64,000 bases of DNA from a virus (IMGVR_UViG_3300017909_004107:32001-96000), one strand, 5' to 3'; shown: positions 18,322-28,889, counted from the first letter of the stretch. Notes: a model not told the origin generated them from the sequence alone. Program-made: numbers and translations.

Positions 18322-20682
18322 ATGGCATCAGTAAATAAGAAGTTTGGTATCGAGAAGGGTCTGGAGGTAGGAACAGACGCTTTAGTTGTAGATGCTGATA
18401 ATAATCGAACTGGTATTGGAAAAACCGATGCAAAATATGGTCTTGATGTAGCAACAACTGCAAACTTTGATGGCGTAGTTGCTGCCGGACAGGTTGGTGT
18501 TGGTAGTACACAACCGGCATATGATGTAGATATCAGAACAGACATGCGTCTGACTGGTAGATTTAGAGATGTTAATTCAAGTTCTGGCACGTCTCAGCAA
18601 GGACTTATATCAGTTGGAACAGGTGTGTCTTGGTCTGATCTATCTGATATTGAAACAAATGCTGCTGATAAAGTAAATTCAGTACAATATAAGAAAGCAA
18701 ATGAAAAGTTTGGTGGTGCAGATAATTTCGTATTTGACCCTACAAACTCCCGTGTTGGTATCGGAAGCACTCAACCTGAATATTTACTTCAGGTTCAGAG
18801 ACAAGGACAGAACGGTTATGTTCAGATAGGTGGAACATTCTTAGATTCTAACGGACAAACCGCAGGAATCGGATCAGTTCTCGGTGCTGCTGATGGAGAT
18901 TTAGCATGGGTAGGTGCCGGTGCTAGTACACTGAATGTTATATTCGTATCCGAAGATGGATTAGATACTAATGATGGAAGAAGACCAAGCACAGCAAAAA
19001 GAACAGTCAAGGCAGCAGCATCAATAGCAGTAAATGGAGACGTTATAAGAGTAGCAGGCGGTGTATATCAAGAAAACAATCCTATATCATTACCACAAAA
19101 TGTTTCAGTGGATGGTGATGATCTTAGAAATACAAAAATTATACCTACAAACACTGGACAAGATCTATTTCATGTTGATAATGGATGTTTAATTCAGAAC
19201 TGTTCATTTATTGGAGCAGCAAATACAGGTGCTATGGTAGCATACCACCCACCAAGAGAAGTTCTCAATGTATTTGACTCAGCAGTTTCAGGTGCGGTGC
19301 ACGTCCAATCTTTCGAGGCGTCAACTCTTAATGTTACTGGATTCGATTATAGTAGTAAGAGTGGTGTTGCTACAGTAACAGTTGGTGCAGATCATGGACT
19401 GACTGCTGGCGTTACACAGATTGGATTCAGGACAGAATCGATAGGTTTGAAATGCTCAACTGATAACTTCAACAAAGCAAAATTTTATCCTCGTGTTGGT
19501 AAAGACCCCTATGTTGGAACTTTTATTAGTATAGCATCAACAACTGCTACAACATTCACAACAAATATTGGAGTAGCAGGAATAGGATCCGAGTATGTTG
19601 GTTTTATTACACAGTCTCCATACGTAAGAAACTGCACAAACTTCGTACCAGATTCTATTGGTATGACGATCAATGGAGATCGTGCTAGAGGACTCAAGTC
19701 TATGGTTGTTGACTCATACACTCAATATAATGAGAATGGTATAGGTGTTTCTATAACAAATAATGGTTATGGTCAGTTAGTTTCTATCTTCACAATATGC
19801 ACAGACATTGGAGTATACTGTGGAGCAGGTGGGCAGTGTGACCTCACCAACTCAAATAGTTCTTTCGGTAATAAAGGTTTAGTAGCACAGGGTATTGGAA
19901 CTGTAGGATATAATGCTACGCTCGCTTCAAATGCAGTGGCAGAGGACAATACTTTCGTATTGTCAGGACTAGGGACATTCAGACCATATTCAGGACAGGT
20001 TCTATATGTTGGAGAGTTATTCCAAGATGTAGACACAGTTACAGTAACCAATGCGGGATCTGGTTATACGAGTGCACAACCTCCCGTTGTTACAATATCA
20101 AATCCTTCAGGACCCGGTGGAATCGCTGCAGACGGCGTAGCAGTGATTTCTGGATTTGGTTCTGTGACTGGAGTGAATCTAATTGCAAATGGTAGGCAGT
20201 ATCGAGAGAGTGATTCTGTCACTGTAACGATTGCACCTCCAACTTCAGGTGTTACTGCAACAGCGAGTGCTACGTTGGCACCTGCTTATTACACTATAAA
20301 TAGTGCAACGACCCCTTCTGCAGGTATTTCCACTGTAACAGTGGATCAGACAATTCCTGCAGCGATAGGTATTGGATCAACAGTTCCAATTGCTAGACAA
20401 TCACTTATACTAGCATCATCACACTCTTTCGAGTATATCGGAACAGGAGTTACTATTGCTCAAGCAAGACCGTCTCAAGGCGGAGTAACAATTCCTGAAA
20501 ATCAAGTTATATCGATTGAAGGTGGTAAAGTCGTTCATACATCAACTGATGAGAGAGGAAACTTCCTAATCGGTGATGACTTTACTATAAATCAACAAAC
20601 CGGGACGATCACCGGTGATTCTTTCAATAAGAGTATTCAAGCAACCCTAACACCACTTATCATAGCACTCGGAGGACAATAA
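18322..20682 (+). CDS. Tail fibre/structural protein with beta-helix-like region
   Basis: GVGSTQP repeats, AKRTVKAA, GDDLRNTKI, SMVVDSYTQ, SHSFEYIG shared with the upstream fibre. Confidence 0.7.
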   Translation: MASVNKKFGIEKGLEVGTDALVVDADNNRTGIGKTDAKYGLDVATTANFDGVVAAGQVGVGSTQPAYDVDIRTDMRLTGRFRDVNSSSGTSQQGLISVGTGVSWSDLSDIETNAADKVNSVQYKKANEKFGGADNFVFDPTNSRVGIGSTQPEYLLQVQRQGQNGYVQIGGTFLDSNGQTAGIGSVLGAADGDLAWVGAGASTLNVIFVSEDGLDTNDGRRPSTAKRTVKAAASIAVNGDVIRVAGGVYQENNPISLPQNVSVDGDDLRNTKIIPTNTGQDLFHVDNGCLIQNCSFIGAANTGAMVAYHPPREVLNVFDSAVSGAVHVQSFEASTLNVTGFDYSSKSGVATVTVGADHGLTAGVTQIGFRTESIGLKCSTDNFNKAKFYPRVGKDPYVGTFISIASTTATTFTTNIGVAGIGSEYVGFITQSPYVRNCTNFVPDSIGMTINGDRARGLKSMVVDSYTQYNENGIGVSITNNGYGQLVSIFTICTDIGVYCGAGGQCDLTNSNSSFGNKGLVAQGIGTVGYNATLASNAVAEDNTFVLSGLGTFRPYSGQVLYVGELFQDVDTVTVTNAGSGYTSAQPPVVTISNPSGPGGIAADGVAVISGFGSVTGVNLIANGRQYRESDSVTVTIAPPTSGVTATASATLAPAYYTINSATTPSAGISTVTVDQTIPAAIGIGSTVPIARQSLILASSHSFEYIGTGVTIAQARPSQGGVTIPENQVISIEGGKVVHTSTDERGNFLIGDDFTINQQTGTITGDSFNKSIQATLTPLIIALGGQ

Positions 20683-20686
20683 AAAA

Positions 20687-21028
20687 ATGGCAGCGATTCC
20701 ATTAAATAAATTTCGTACGATCACTCATACTCTTACTACATCATCGGTTGGTATATACACATGCCCTCCGGGTGTAGCATCATTGATTGTATTTGCTAAT
20801 GTGGCAAATGTAGGCTCTGGAACTTCAACAGTATCATTCAGTGCTTTTCATAGTAGAGGTGCAGTTGATACGCCGATCATTGAGAAAGGTCAAATTCCTA
20901 ATCAAGACTCAATGAATTTTATCGAAGGTAGATTAGTTCTTGAGACTGCAGATATTCTCAAAGTCAAGAGTGAGGATAGAGATGGCACACAAAAAATCAT
21001 CATAAGTATATTAGAGAACGCTAAGTAA
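20687..21028 (+). CDS. Small fibre-associated structural protein
   Basis: IYTCP...ANV...LVLETADILKV...ISILE pattern of cyanophage fibre accessory proteins. Confidence 0.55.
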   Translation: MAAIPLNKFRTITHTLTTSSVGIYTCPPGVASLIVFANVANVGSGTSTVSFSAFHSRGAVDTPIIEKGQIPNQDSMNFIEGRLVLETADILKVKSEDRDGTQKIIISILENAK

Positions 21029-22914
21029 TGGCAAAACTACTCTCTGGAAAGGTTGGTGTAACGACTTTTGCCGGTTTATCTACATCCCGAAATCAAATAG
21101 TTGGAGGACAACCAACATTCATTGGTTTGAATGAGGTTGAACCCAACTTAGGTTTATCTCCACAGAACGATTACGTTTTATTTGGAGATGTAAATGGAGC
21201 ACGTCGTTGGGGAGAGCTCATACCTGCCGGTTCAGTAAATGGTATAACAGTAAGAGACGAAGGGATAGCACCTGTTGGGTTAGCAGGTTCAATAACAATA
21301 TTAGACATAGTTGGCGATGGTGTAGTTGCTATACAAACACATATTTCTCAGAATGGAGTTCAGGTAGGATTAGCAACAATATCAATACGAGCAAATACTT
21401 TAGACGGTGAAAACGGATCAGGTTTTACACAAGTTTCAGGTATCTCTACAATAAGAGTTGGTACCGGTCTTACTATATTTGCACCGAGTGGTACTACTGG
21501 CATTGCTTCGATTGGCACACTCACTGCTTTCGGTGTTGATGTTTATGATGACAGTGGTTTCATTAGAGTCAGCACTGCTGCTCAACTTCAAGCAGGGATA
21601 GGTCTTTCTGTAACTGAACCACAAACAAATAGAGCAAAGTTTGATTTTACTGGTAATATACCACAATTAAATGTTAGTGGAATTTCAACATTAAATCAAA
21701 CACAATTATTAGATGCAAATGTAACAGGTATTGTTACTGCAACTGCTTTTGAAGGTAATCTTACAGGAAATGTAACCGGAAATGTCACCGGAGATCTTAC
21801 AGGTAATGTAACTGGTAATGTCACAGGAAACTTGACAGGTGATGTGTACGCAGGACTGGTAACAGCAACGAGAGGATTTACTGGTAATATTAATTCATCA
21901 GGTGTGAGTACTATATCTCAGTTACTTGTTTCTACTATAAACAATACTGCTTTTACGACTTCTTTCGGATACATAGCGAATGGTAACTCATTCATGGGTA
22001 ACCTGAATTCCGGTGGTATATCAACAGCAAGATATTTACAGAATGAGCATATAAACTCTACAGGTATTATAACAGCAACCTCATTTGTTGGTCCTGTTAC
22101 AGGTGATATATCCGGAAATGTTACCGGCAATACAAACGGAACTCACACAGGTGCTGTTAATGGTAATGTAACTGGTAATCTAAATGGCAATGTCACAGGT
22201 AATGTAACTGGAGATTTGACAGGTGATTTCTTAGCAGGACTGTCAACTGTCACAAATGAATTGCATATCAAGAGTGATGATGGAACTCCGGGTCGTATCA
22301 ATTACTATTGTGAGTCAAGTAATGCTCACTATTCTCAAGTAAAGGCAGCACCTCATTCAGAATATTCAGGAAATATTACCGCTATCCTGCCAACAAAATC
22401 AGGAGACTTTATCGTAGGTGACACTGAGGGTGCTATATCACAGAATATCATCACGAGTGGTATTATAACTGCTTCACAATTTAGTGGTAGTGGTCTAAAC
22501 ATGACAGACGTATCTGCAGCAAGTGTTTTAGTTACTGCTACAAACACGACAAATGCCACTCACTACATGGTATTCTCTGATTCAGTATCTGGTCAAGAGA
22601 CTATGAGAACTGACAACGCACTTACATATAATCCTAGCACAAATCAATTATCTGTTAATGGACCTATCAACGTAAGTGATATTACTTGTCATAATATAAC
22701 ACCTGAATTAAATAACAACTATAATTTAGGCACACCCTCTCAAAGATTTGCTAATATCTACTCTGCTGACCTTCAGTTGAGTAATGTAAGTGCAAATCCT
22801 AATAGTGTTGATGGAACTAAAGGAGATTGGACATTACAGGAAGGAGAAAATGATATTTTCATGATAAACAATATTACAGGAAAGAAATTCAAGATAAACC
22901 TCACAGAAGTCTAA
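21028..22914 (+). CDS. Tail fibre protein
   Basis: GNVTGNLTG tandem repeats, SGIST/GIITAT repeats, C-terminal NSVDGTKGDWTLQEGE domain. Confidence 0.75.
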   Translation: MAKLLSGKVGVTTFAGLSTSRNQIVGGQPTFIGLNEVEPNLGLSPQNDYVLFGDVNGARRWGELIPAGSVNGITVRDEGIAPVGLAGSITILDIVGDGVVAIQTHISQNGVQVGLATISIRANTLDGENGSGFTQVSGISTIRVGTGLTIFAPSGTTGIASIGTLTAFGVDVYDDSGFIRVSTAAQLQAGIGLSVTEPQTNRAKFDFTGNIPQLNVSGISTLNQTQLLDANVTGIVTATAFEGNLTGNVTGNVTGDLTGNVTGNVTGNLTGDVYAGLVTATRGFTGNINSSGVSTISQLLVSTINNTAFTTSFGYIANGNSFMGNLNSGGISTARYLQNEHINSTGIITATSFVGPVTGDISGNVTGNTNGTHTGAVNGNVTGNLNGNVTGNVTGDLTGDFLAGLSTVTNELHIKSDDGTPGRINYYCESSNAHYSQVKAAPHSEYSGNITAILPTKSGDFIVGDTEGAISQNIITSGIITASQFSGSGLNMTDVSAASVLVTATNTTNATHYMVFSDSVSGQETMRTDNALTYNPSTNQLSVNGPINVSDITCHNITPELNNNYNLGTPSQRFANIYSADLQLSNVSANPNSVDGTKGDWTLQEGENDIFMINNITGKKFKINLTEV

Positions 22915-22946
22915 ATATTAGGGTAGTATACTAACACAAATCACTT

Positions 22947-23648
22947 ATGTCTAGAGCAAGAGAACTTGCGAAGGCGGGTGGAGTACAACAACGTATTGCT
23001 GGTTTCAGTAGTCACGTTGGAATGTCTACATTCTTGGCTGCGGTTCACATGGAGGATAACCTCACTGTGGATGGTGACATAGGAGTAGGCGGTAACCTTA
23101 CAGTTACTGGTACCACAACCTTCAATGGTGGAACACTTAATCTTGGTAATGCTGCTACTGATAACGTAGTATTTGGTGGAGAGGTTGATAGTAATATCAT
23201 ACCCGATGATGACAATACATTCGACTTGGGATCTTCAAGTCAAGAATGGAAAGATTTATTCATAGACGGAACCGCACATATTGACACACTAGATGTTGAT
23301 GAAAATGCAGGTATCATCGGTAACTTAACACTGACTGGCAACGCTGATTTCAACGGAGATTTAGATGTTGATGGTACAACAAACTTAGATACAACGAATG
23401 TCGTTGGTACACTAACTGTTACTGGTTCTATACTACCGGATGCAAATGGTACTCGTGATTTAGGAGCATCAGGTACAAGATGGGCAAACGTCTACAGTTC
23501 TGACTTAGACTTATCAAACCAAGCAAAGGGTGCAAACTCGGTCGATGGCACTTGGGGATCTTATCTTATTGAAGAGGGAGAAGATCATCTATTCCTAACT
23601 AATAGAAGAAGCGGTAAAAAGTATCGTTTTGTTCTTGAAGAAGTATAA
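22947..23648 (+). CDS. Short tail fibre protein
   Basis: MSRARELA N-terminus; DLG..RWANVYSSDL..NSVDGTWGSYLIEEGE C-terminal domain shared with the previous gene. Confidence 0.7.
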   Translation: MSRARELAKAGGVQQRIAGFSSHVGMSTFLAAVHMEDNLTVDGDIGVGGNLTVTGTTTFNGGTLNLGNAATDNVVFGGEVDSNIIPDDDNTFDLGSSSQEWKDLFIDGTAHIDTLDVDENAGIIGNLTLTGNADFNGDLDVDGTTNLDTTNVVGTLTVTGSILPDANGTRDLGASGTRWANVYSSDLDLSNQAKGANSVDGTWGSYLIEEGEDHLFLTNRRSGKKYRFVLEEV

Positions 23649-23651
23649 ATA
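23644..23651 (+). promoter_or_regulatory. T4-type late promoter TATAAATA
   Basis: Exact consensus followed by AGGAG and ATG at 23672. Confidence 0.75.
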
Positions 23652-23671
23652 CCAACAGGAGATAAACAAAA

Positions 23672-24457
23672 ATGGCTTTATACGGTGACGGTTCTAACGT
23701 CAACAAAACGACGAGTGCTACGGCAGGTACCTATGGTAATTCAAGTGCGGTGCCTACAATTACGGTGGATGCGAATCAGAGAATTAGTGCTATAAATGAA
23801 ACATCAATTACACTTGATGCTTCTATAAACGCTAATGCTTCTGTCGGTGCGGTAGGTACATACGCTTTCCTACAACAGGCAACCACTAACGACGCAGTGA
23901 ACCCCGGTGCAACTGCTGCAGGGTCAACTCTTCGTTATTCTGATGCAACAGGTAGAATGGCCGGTACCCCTTCAGGACCAAATGGTAACTGGAGATGTAT
24001 GGGTTATGACTCAGGAGCAGCGTTAGCAAATACATCTAACACTGGTTCTGCTTCTGCTTCTGCTACGGGTAACATATCCGGTTCACTACAGGGTGGAGAA
24101 GTTCAGGGTGATGCTTCGTTACAAGGTGGTAACGTTCAGGGCAACACATCACTAAGTGGTGGTAACGTTCAGGGTAATACTAACGCAAACGGTACTTTAC
24201 AAATTGGTCCTACTTCTCAAACCTCAACTAAAGGTTCGTTATCTGTACCTACAGACCACTTAGGAGTTGGCGGTAACGTCAGTATCAGTGGTAACGTGGG
24301 TACGGATCACCTAGGCGTTGCTGGTAACGTTGGAACTTCGGGATTAGATGTTGCAGGTAACGTAACTGGAACAGCGTCTATCAACGTTTCAGTGAACTCT
24401 GTTTCTACAAACGTAACCGTTGCATACAGTTCAACATTATGGTTACGTTATTCATAA
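23672..24457 (+). CDS. Tail fibre tip/adhesin-like protein
   Basis: VGTYAFL...GSTLRYS...WRCMG...LWLRYS scaffold with Gly-rich repeat insertion. Confidence 0.6.
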   Translation: MALYGDGSNVNKTTSATAGTYGNSSAVPTITVDANQRISAINETSITLDASINANASVGAVGTYAFLQQATTNDAVNPGATAAGSTLRYSDATGRMAGTPSGPNGNWRCMGYDSGAALANTSNTGSASASATGNISGSLQGGEVQGDASLQGGNVQGNTSLSGGNVQGNTNANGTLQIGPTSQTSTKGSLSVPTDHLGVGGNVSISGNVGTDHLGVAGNVGTSGLDVAGNVTGTASINVSVNSVSTNVTVAYSSTLWLRYS

Positions 24458-24466
24458 GGAGGTTTT

Positions 24467-24886
24467 ATGCATTTTACAATCACAGAAGCTAGAAACCCTC
24501 AGTGGGTAGACAGCAATCATAATAAAATTGACCTAGAGGTCAACTTTGCCGAGTTAGAGGAAGAGTGGTTACCATACACTGCAGCACCTGATGATGTGTG
24601 TGAACACTCAAGAACTCTATATTCAAAAGCAGTGGCAGGGGATTACGGTACAGTAAGTGACGAGTACGTAATCACAGAAGATGATTTATGGACACCTGTC
24701 ACAGAGATTCAAACATCCGTTTCAAAAGAAGCGTTGGTTCAGATTCTTCTTGAAAAGGGAGTATTATCTGATGAAGATGTTGACGAGATTCTTGTAGATT
24801 CAGAGGTTGCAATTGGTTTCACAAGACCTACTAAAGATGGTTCTAACCCAGTATATCACAGTCCTTTGAGTGGCACTGGAGGTTAG
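24467..24886 (+). CDS. Tail fibre assembly chaperone-like protein
   Basis: ARNPQWVD..IDLEVNF..WLPYTAAPDD..LY..AVAGDYG resembles Tfa-type chaperones; AGGAGG SD. Confidence 0.6.
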   Translation: MHFTITEARNPQWVDSNHNKIDLEVNFAELEEEWLPYTAAPDDVCEHSRTLYSKAVAGDYGTVSDEYVITEDDLWTPVTEIQTSVSKEALVQILLEKGVLSDEDVDEILVDSEVAIGFTRPTKDGSNPVYHSPLSGTGG

Positions 24887-24939
24887 TAATTCAGACTGCT
24901 GAACAAAGCGATAAGTGGCAACACTCTTTTCAGAGGTAT

Positions 24940-25860
24940 TTGGGATTTACTCCCGATACCTCTTTTTCGTTTGGAATTTTGCCGGGTGTGTGTCGTGAAG
25001 CAATGGGTAGGAGAGACTGGATATATACCAACCCACAATTATTTCGCAGCAGCAAGATATACTCATGGAGTGACTTTCATCATAAGAGGTTATGTAAAGA
25101 AGGACGTTCTATTATATCATACTATGGTTCTGCACCATGGTTGTGGGACTTAGATCCAGCAGCAGGTGAAACTGGCGGATCATTGTTTTTTCTACCACGA
25201 GACGATTGTGGTACTATAAGAGACGCTGATATTAACATAGTACAAGATGCGATAGATTCAGCACCAGAACCAATTACTTTCCTGCTGCCATGGCGTTTAT
25301 GTGACCAGTGGAAAAGTTGGGAACAACTGGAAATCCCCAGTCATGCAGATTTTGTACAAATGTCAGATCGTAGTACAAGACAACTTATACTAACAAAACT
25401 ATTCCAACAGCATGAGTATGTGTATCTGCCGTGGGTGGGCACAGATTTATACTACGCCGAATTCCTTGATAAGAAAGTTGTGATTTATGATAGTATAAAG
25501 AACTATAGAAAGAGAACAATAGAGGAGCAGGAAGAAGTGGGCACGAAAAGTTGGATCACCCGTAATTTAGTATGGGGTTATGACTTTCTAAATGACATAC
25601 AAAAGGAGTTTTTACATCATACAGAGAAATGGTACGATATGAGTGAAGACGATAGAAAATTCCTAACATCAAAGATGCTAGGATTAGATGTTTTGAAGTC
25701 TCCTCGTGAATTATATGATGATCTAATTCGTGTCGGATATCTTCACAAAGAAAAGTTTACAAGTAATGAGAAATATGAGGCAAATTATGAGTGGTTGAAG
25801 GAAAAATGTGTAGATTTCACACCAAGTGACCATATTCAGCAATTATACGCAAAATTGTAA
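24940..25860 (+). CDS. Hypothetical protein (possibly glycan-related); start uncertain
   Basis: 306 aa ORF; reading frame is open further upstream; next to the sugar-nucleotide cluster. Confidence 0.5.
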   Translation: MGFTPDTSFSFGILPGVCREAMGRRDWIYTNPQLFRSSKIYSWSDFHHKRLCKEGRSIISYYGSAPWLWDLDPAAGETGGSLFFLPRDDCGTIRDADINIVQDAIDSAPEPITFLLPWRLCDQWKSWEQLEIPSHADFVQMSDRSTRQLILTKLFQQHEYVYLPWVGTDLYYAEFLDKKVVIYDSIKNYRKRTIEEQEEVGTKSWITRNLVWGYDFLNDIQKEFLHHTEKWYDMSEDDRKFLTSKMLGLDVLKSPRELYDDLIRVGYLHKEKFTSNEKYEANYEWLKEKCVDFTPSDHIQQLYAKL

Positions 25861-25937
25861 CATTTGATACCAAACTGCTCCCTCCAGAATCGCCTGTAAG
25901 GTGCCTGTTTTTATCTTTAGGTATGATAGTAACCCCC

Positions 25938-26780
25938 CTATGTTACGTTCCAATCGATCTTCGTGCGAATTTTTTCGTTATATTTCCATATCTCTTTGAA
26001 CATCTTACTATTCAGTCCTACTTCGTCAAACTGAGCAATCAAAGCATTGAGGTCTTTCGGGAAACATGTTCCTCCAAATCCTCTATCATTATCTACACCC
26101 GGAACTTGAGTATGTGAATCTCCTATTCGTGGGTCTGCAACCACACCTCGTCTTACATGTTCATAATCCATTTTATGTTTTTCACAAAAATCATACATTT
26201 TATTAAAGTATGCAACCTTGTATGCTAAAAAGACATTAGAAAAATATTTTACTGTTTCACTTTCATTACTTGTCATATAATGTACATCAGTATTACTAAA
26301 ATAATAATTATAGAATGTTCCTAACTTACTACTATAATGTTGTCTTGCTCCTATGATAGTTCGTGGTGCATCACGAAAATCTTTTACAGCATTTCTTGCT
26401 GTTAGAAACTCAGGATTATGACATACAGTATGACCTAACTCAGCATATTTCTCAGTTGTTCCAACTGGAACTGTAGACTTGATAACATACAAAGGGTCAT
26501 CATAAGCATCATTATCCAACGCTTCAAGTGATTGATATGGGTCTAACTTAGAAAAGAATTCGTCTAAGTATGTCAAGTCACACGTTCCGTCCATTTTCAT
26601 TGGAGTGGGCAAGCAGACAAAAACAATACTTTGCTTCGTTGTTTCTTCAAATGTATTCAATGATCTCAATGGGTCTATATCATATACCTTTGTTTCTACT
26701 TCGTCTCTTACATTCTGATATATTGCATTTCCTACAAATCCATTACCTACGATACCAACAGTTAATCTATCTGAATACAT
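25938..26780 (-). CDS. UDP-glucose/GDP-mannose dehydrogenase-like protein (lacks C-terminal domain)
   Basis: GIVGNGFVG Rossmann motif, FVCLPTP, IKSTVPVGTT, NPEFL, GFGGTCFPKD catalytic motif. Confidence 0.88.
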   Translation of the reverse strand: MYSDRLTVGIVGNGFVGNAIYQNVRDEVETKVYDIDPLRSLNTFEETTKQSIVFVCLPTPMKMDGTCDLTYLDEFFSKLDPYQSLEALDNDAYDDPLYVIKSTVPVGTTEKYAELGHTVCHNPEFLTARNAVKDFRDAPRTIIGARQHYSSKLGTFYNYYFSNTDVHYMTSNESETVKYFSNVFLAYKVAYFNKMYDFCEKHKMDYEHVRRGVVADPRIGDSHTQVPGVDNDRGFGGTCFPKDLNALIAQFDEVGLNSKMFKEIWKYNEKIRTKIDWNVT

Positions 26781-26809
26781 ATTCTATTTGTAAAGTACAT
26801 TATATTATA

Positions 26810-27649
26810 TCACAATGATTCTTCTTTGTCAAGGAAGAAATCAGAATCATTTATTGCTCTATCGTCCACATATATTTTTGCTCTAGGTTTTCCAAAGAAT
26901 AACCTAGTGTATTTTAGACCCCACTCTTTGAGTTGCTTTTCGGTTCGTGACCTGACATGATAGTCTGCTTCTCTTTGTTGAGCAAGTATATCATGAGGGT
27001 ATCGAGTACTACTATGAATGAACCCTCTTGCTGTCATAAGGTATATTGTAGCACCTTCGTCAAAAAGTTTATTCACCTTCTCTATCCTGCTTGGTATGGG
27101 TATTGCTTCAAATGGAGTTCCATCATGAGGTTCAGTCAGAGTTCCATCTATATCAATACAATATACATTATCTCTAACACTCACATCTATATTATTCTGA
27201 ACGATCTTAGGAAGAGTTGGTAAACTGACACCTGTTTGTTGCATCAGCATGTACATTGCATACAACGATCTACATTCAAATTCGTGATAATATGTTGATT
27301 CTATTCTTACTGTTGGTATTATATCGTGATAATCAGGAGCAAATAGTATTACGTTATCAAGATTTACTAACTGTCGGGTAAGTGGACTCTCAACTCTACA
27401 TGTGATAGCAATAATCAAATCAGCACCACCTCGTGCATAATCTAACCATTTTGATTTCCAGTCTCCGTCTCCACCTAAAGCAGTCAGATTGACTGAATCA
27501 GGAGCAAAACAAAACTTTCCTGTATGACGATACATGTCACTTGCCATGTGTTGAGCAATGGCAAGATTTCCTCCTGTACCAATAAGAGCAATACTTCGTG
27601 CTTTTTTGAATTTAGATAATATTTTACTCTCAATGAGAAGATTCATCAT
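26810..27649 (-). CDS. SIS sugar-phosphate isomerase (GmhA-like) fused to HAD phosphatase
   Basis: N-terminal IGTGGNLAIAQHMASDM; C-terminal CIDIDGTL, MTARG, FGKP, YVDDRA. Confidence 0.75.
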   Translation of the reverse strand: MMNLLIESKILSKFKKARSIALIGTGGNLAIAQHMASDMYRHTGKFCFAPDSVNLTALGGDGDWKSKWLDYARGGADLIIAITCRVESPLTRQLVNLDNVILFAPDYHDIIPTVRIESTYYHEFECRSLYAMYMLMQQTGVSLPTLPKIVQNNIDVSVRDNVYCIDIDGTLTEPHDGTPFEAIPIPSRIEKVNKLFDEGATIYLMTARGFIHSSTRYPHDILAQQREADYHVRSRTEKQLKEWGLKYTRLFFGKPRAKIYVDDRAINDSDFFLDKEESL

Positions 27650-28386
27650 AGTTTAGACTCTACCTCCTGTATGTGGTGTGGACGATCAACTGATCTTATT
27701 TTACCACAATTTAGGTCGTATGGTACAACATTATATTTGCCACAGAACCCAATAGTATCTAGACCTTTCCAATATTTGACAATACCCATATCACAATTAG
27801 GAAAGTCACGAATTACATTTATTTTATACAGATAAAAACCTAACTGAACAATAATATTATCGCACACTATTTCACATTTTCTCATCATATTCGTTATTAC
27901 ACCATTATTGCATATCATTTTTACTACATCTTCGTCTTGTATATCGCTTTGTTCTAACTGTCTCATTGGTTGCACCATATCACACTGATGCCTGACACCA
28001 AACTTTATTACCTGATCTAACCAGTCAGGTTGAGTTAGCGGTTCGTCTCCCTGCAAATTAAGAATGTAATCACTTTCCACATTTTGAGATACCTCTGCAA
28101 CTCTATGAGTGCAAGTGTAGTGTTTTCCTGTAAGTCTGGATTCATAACCCTCCTTTTTGCAAAGATCGACAATTTCGTGATCTTCGGTAGCAACAATAAC
28201 ATTGTCAATATATTTAGACTTTCGTGCAATGTCGGCAACCCTGAGAACCATTGCTCTATCGTGTATGAGAGCAAGTGGTTTTCGTGGAAACCTAGATGAC
28301 GACAGTCTAGCAGGGATTACACATGTAATCTTCTGACCTAGATACATAATTTTTCTCTTGTATAGATATGATAACAGTGGTTGCAA
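27646..28386 (-). CDS. kdsB: CMP-Kdo synthetase-like cytidylyltransferase
   Basis: VIPARLSSSRFPRKPLALI, VATED, THRVAEV, LNLQGDEPL, SVDRP. Confidence 0.8.
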   Translation of the reverse strand: MQPLLSYLYKRKIMYLGQKITCVIPARLSSSRFPRKPLALIHDRAMVLRVADIARKSKYIDNVIVATEDHEIVDLCKKEGYESRLTGKHYTCTHRVAEVSQNVESDYILNLQGDEPLTQPDWLDQVIKFGVRHQCDMVQPMRQLEQSDIQDEDVVKMICNNGVITNMMRKCEIVCDNIIVQLGFYLYKINVIRDFPNCDMGIVKYWKGLDTIGFCGKYNVVPYDLNCGKIRSVDRPHHIQEVESKL

Positions 28387-28428
28387 AATATTGCAACGTG
28401 GAATATTATATAGAATTACAGTTTATCT

Positions 28429-28704
28429 ATGAGAAGAATCAATTTAGGAGACATTGTAACGTCAGGAAACGATACTGGCGAGGTCTGTTTTGTTTCTACT
28501 CATTATTTTTGTATGTGTGTTAGAATGGGGGAGATCGCATTGAATGATGTAAAAATAGTTGTATCCAGAACAATAGACAACTTTGAGATTATACGCAAGG
28601 TGGAGAGTGACAGTTTAGAAAGTGTCACAAAAGAAATTGAAAAGAAATACATGTACAATAGAGTTAGATCAAATCAAAAATGGAGAGTTCCTTATGTTAT
28701 CTGA
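28429..28704 (+). CDS. Hypothetical protein
   Basis: 91 aa ORF at the start of the + strand early block. Confidence 0.5.
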   Translation: MRRINLGDIVTSGNDTGEVCFVSTHYFCMCVRMGEIALNDVKIVVSRTIDNFEIIRKVESDSLESVTKEIEKKYMYNRVRSNQKWRVPYVI

Positions 28705-28867
28705 GAACGAGTACAATCTCATTTGTTATTGTTTAGAACATCAACTATATGAGTTCACACCTGAAGAGAGAAATGATGCTAATAATATAGTAGTCAAATT
28801 ATCAGAGCATGTGACACTTGACAAACTGGCACATAGGCACGAGCGTAGAGATTTAGACACACTATAA
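28694..28867 (+). CDS. Hypothetical small protein (likely ATG at 28694)
   Basis: In frame with ORF 28622..28867; GGAGAG upstream. Confidence 0.4.
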   Translation: MLSENEYNLICYCLEHQLYEFTPEERNDANNIVVKLSEHVTLDKLAHRHERRDLDTL

Positions 28868-28889
28868 TGATAGTATAACAACAAAGATT

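Noticed and set aside
21760-22230. GGTAATGTAACT-type DNA repeats as a possible DGR or mobile repeat
   Set aside because: They encode GNVT/GNLT fibre repeats with synonymous variation; no reverse transcriptase and no adenine-specific TR/VR pair seen
25857-25870. GTAACATTTGATAC NtcA-like box
   Set aside because: Sits between convergent gene ends with no -10 box at 22 nt spacing on the + strand and no plausible target gene
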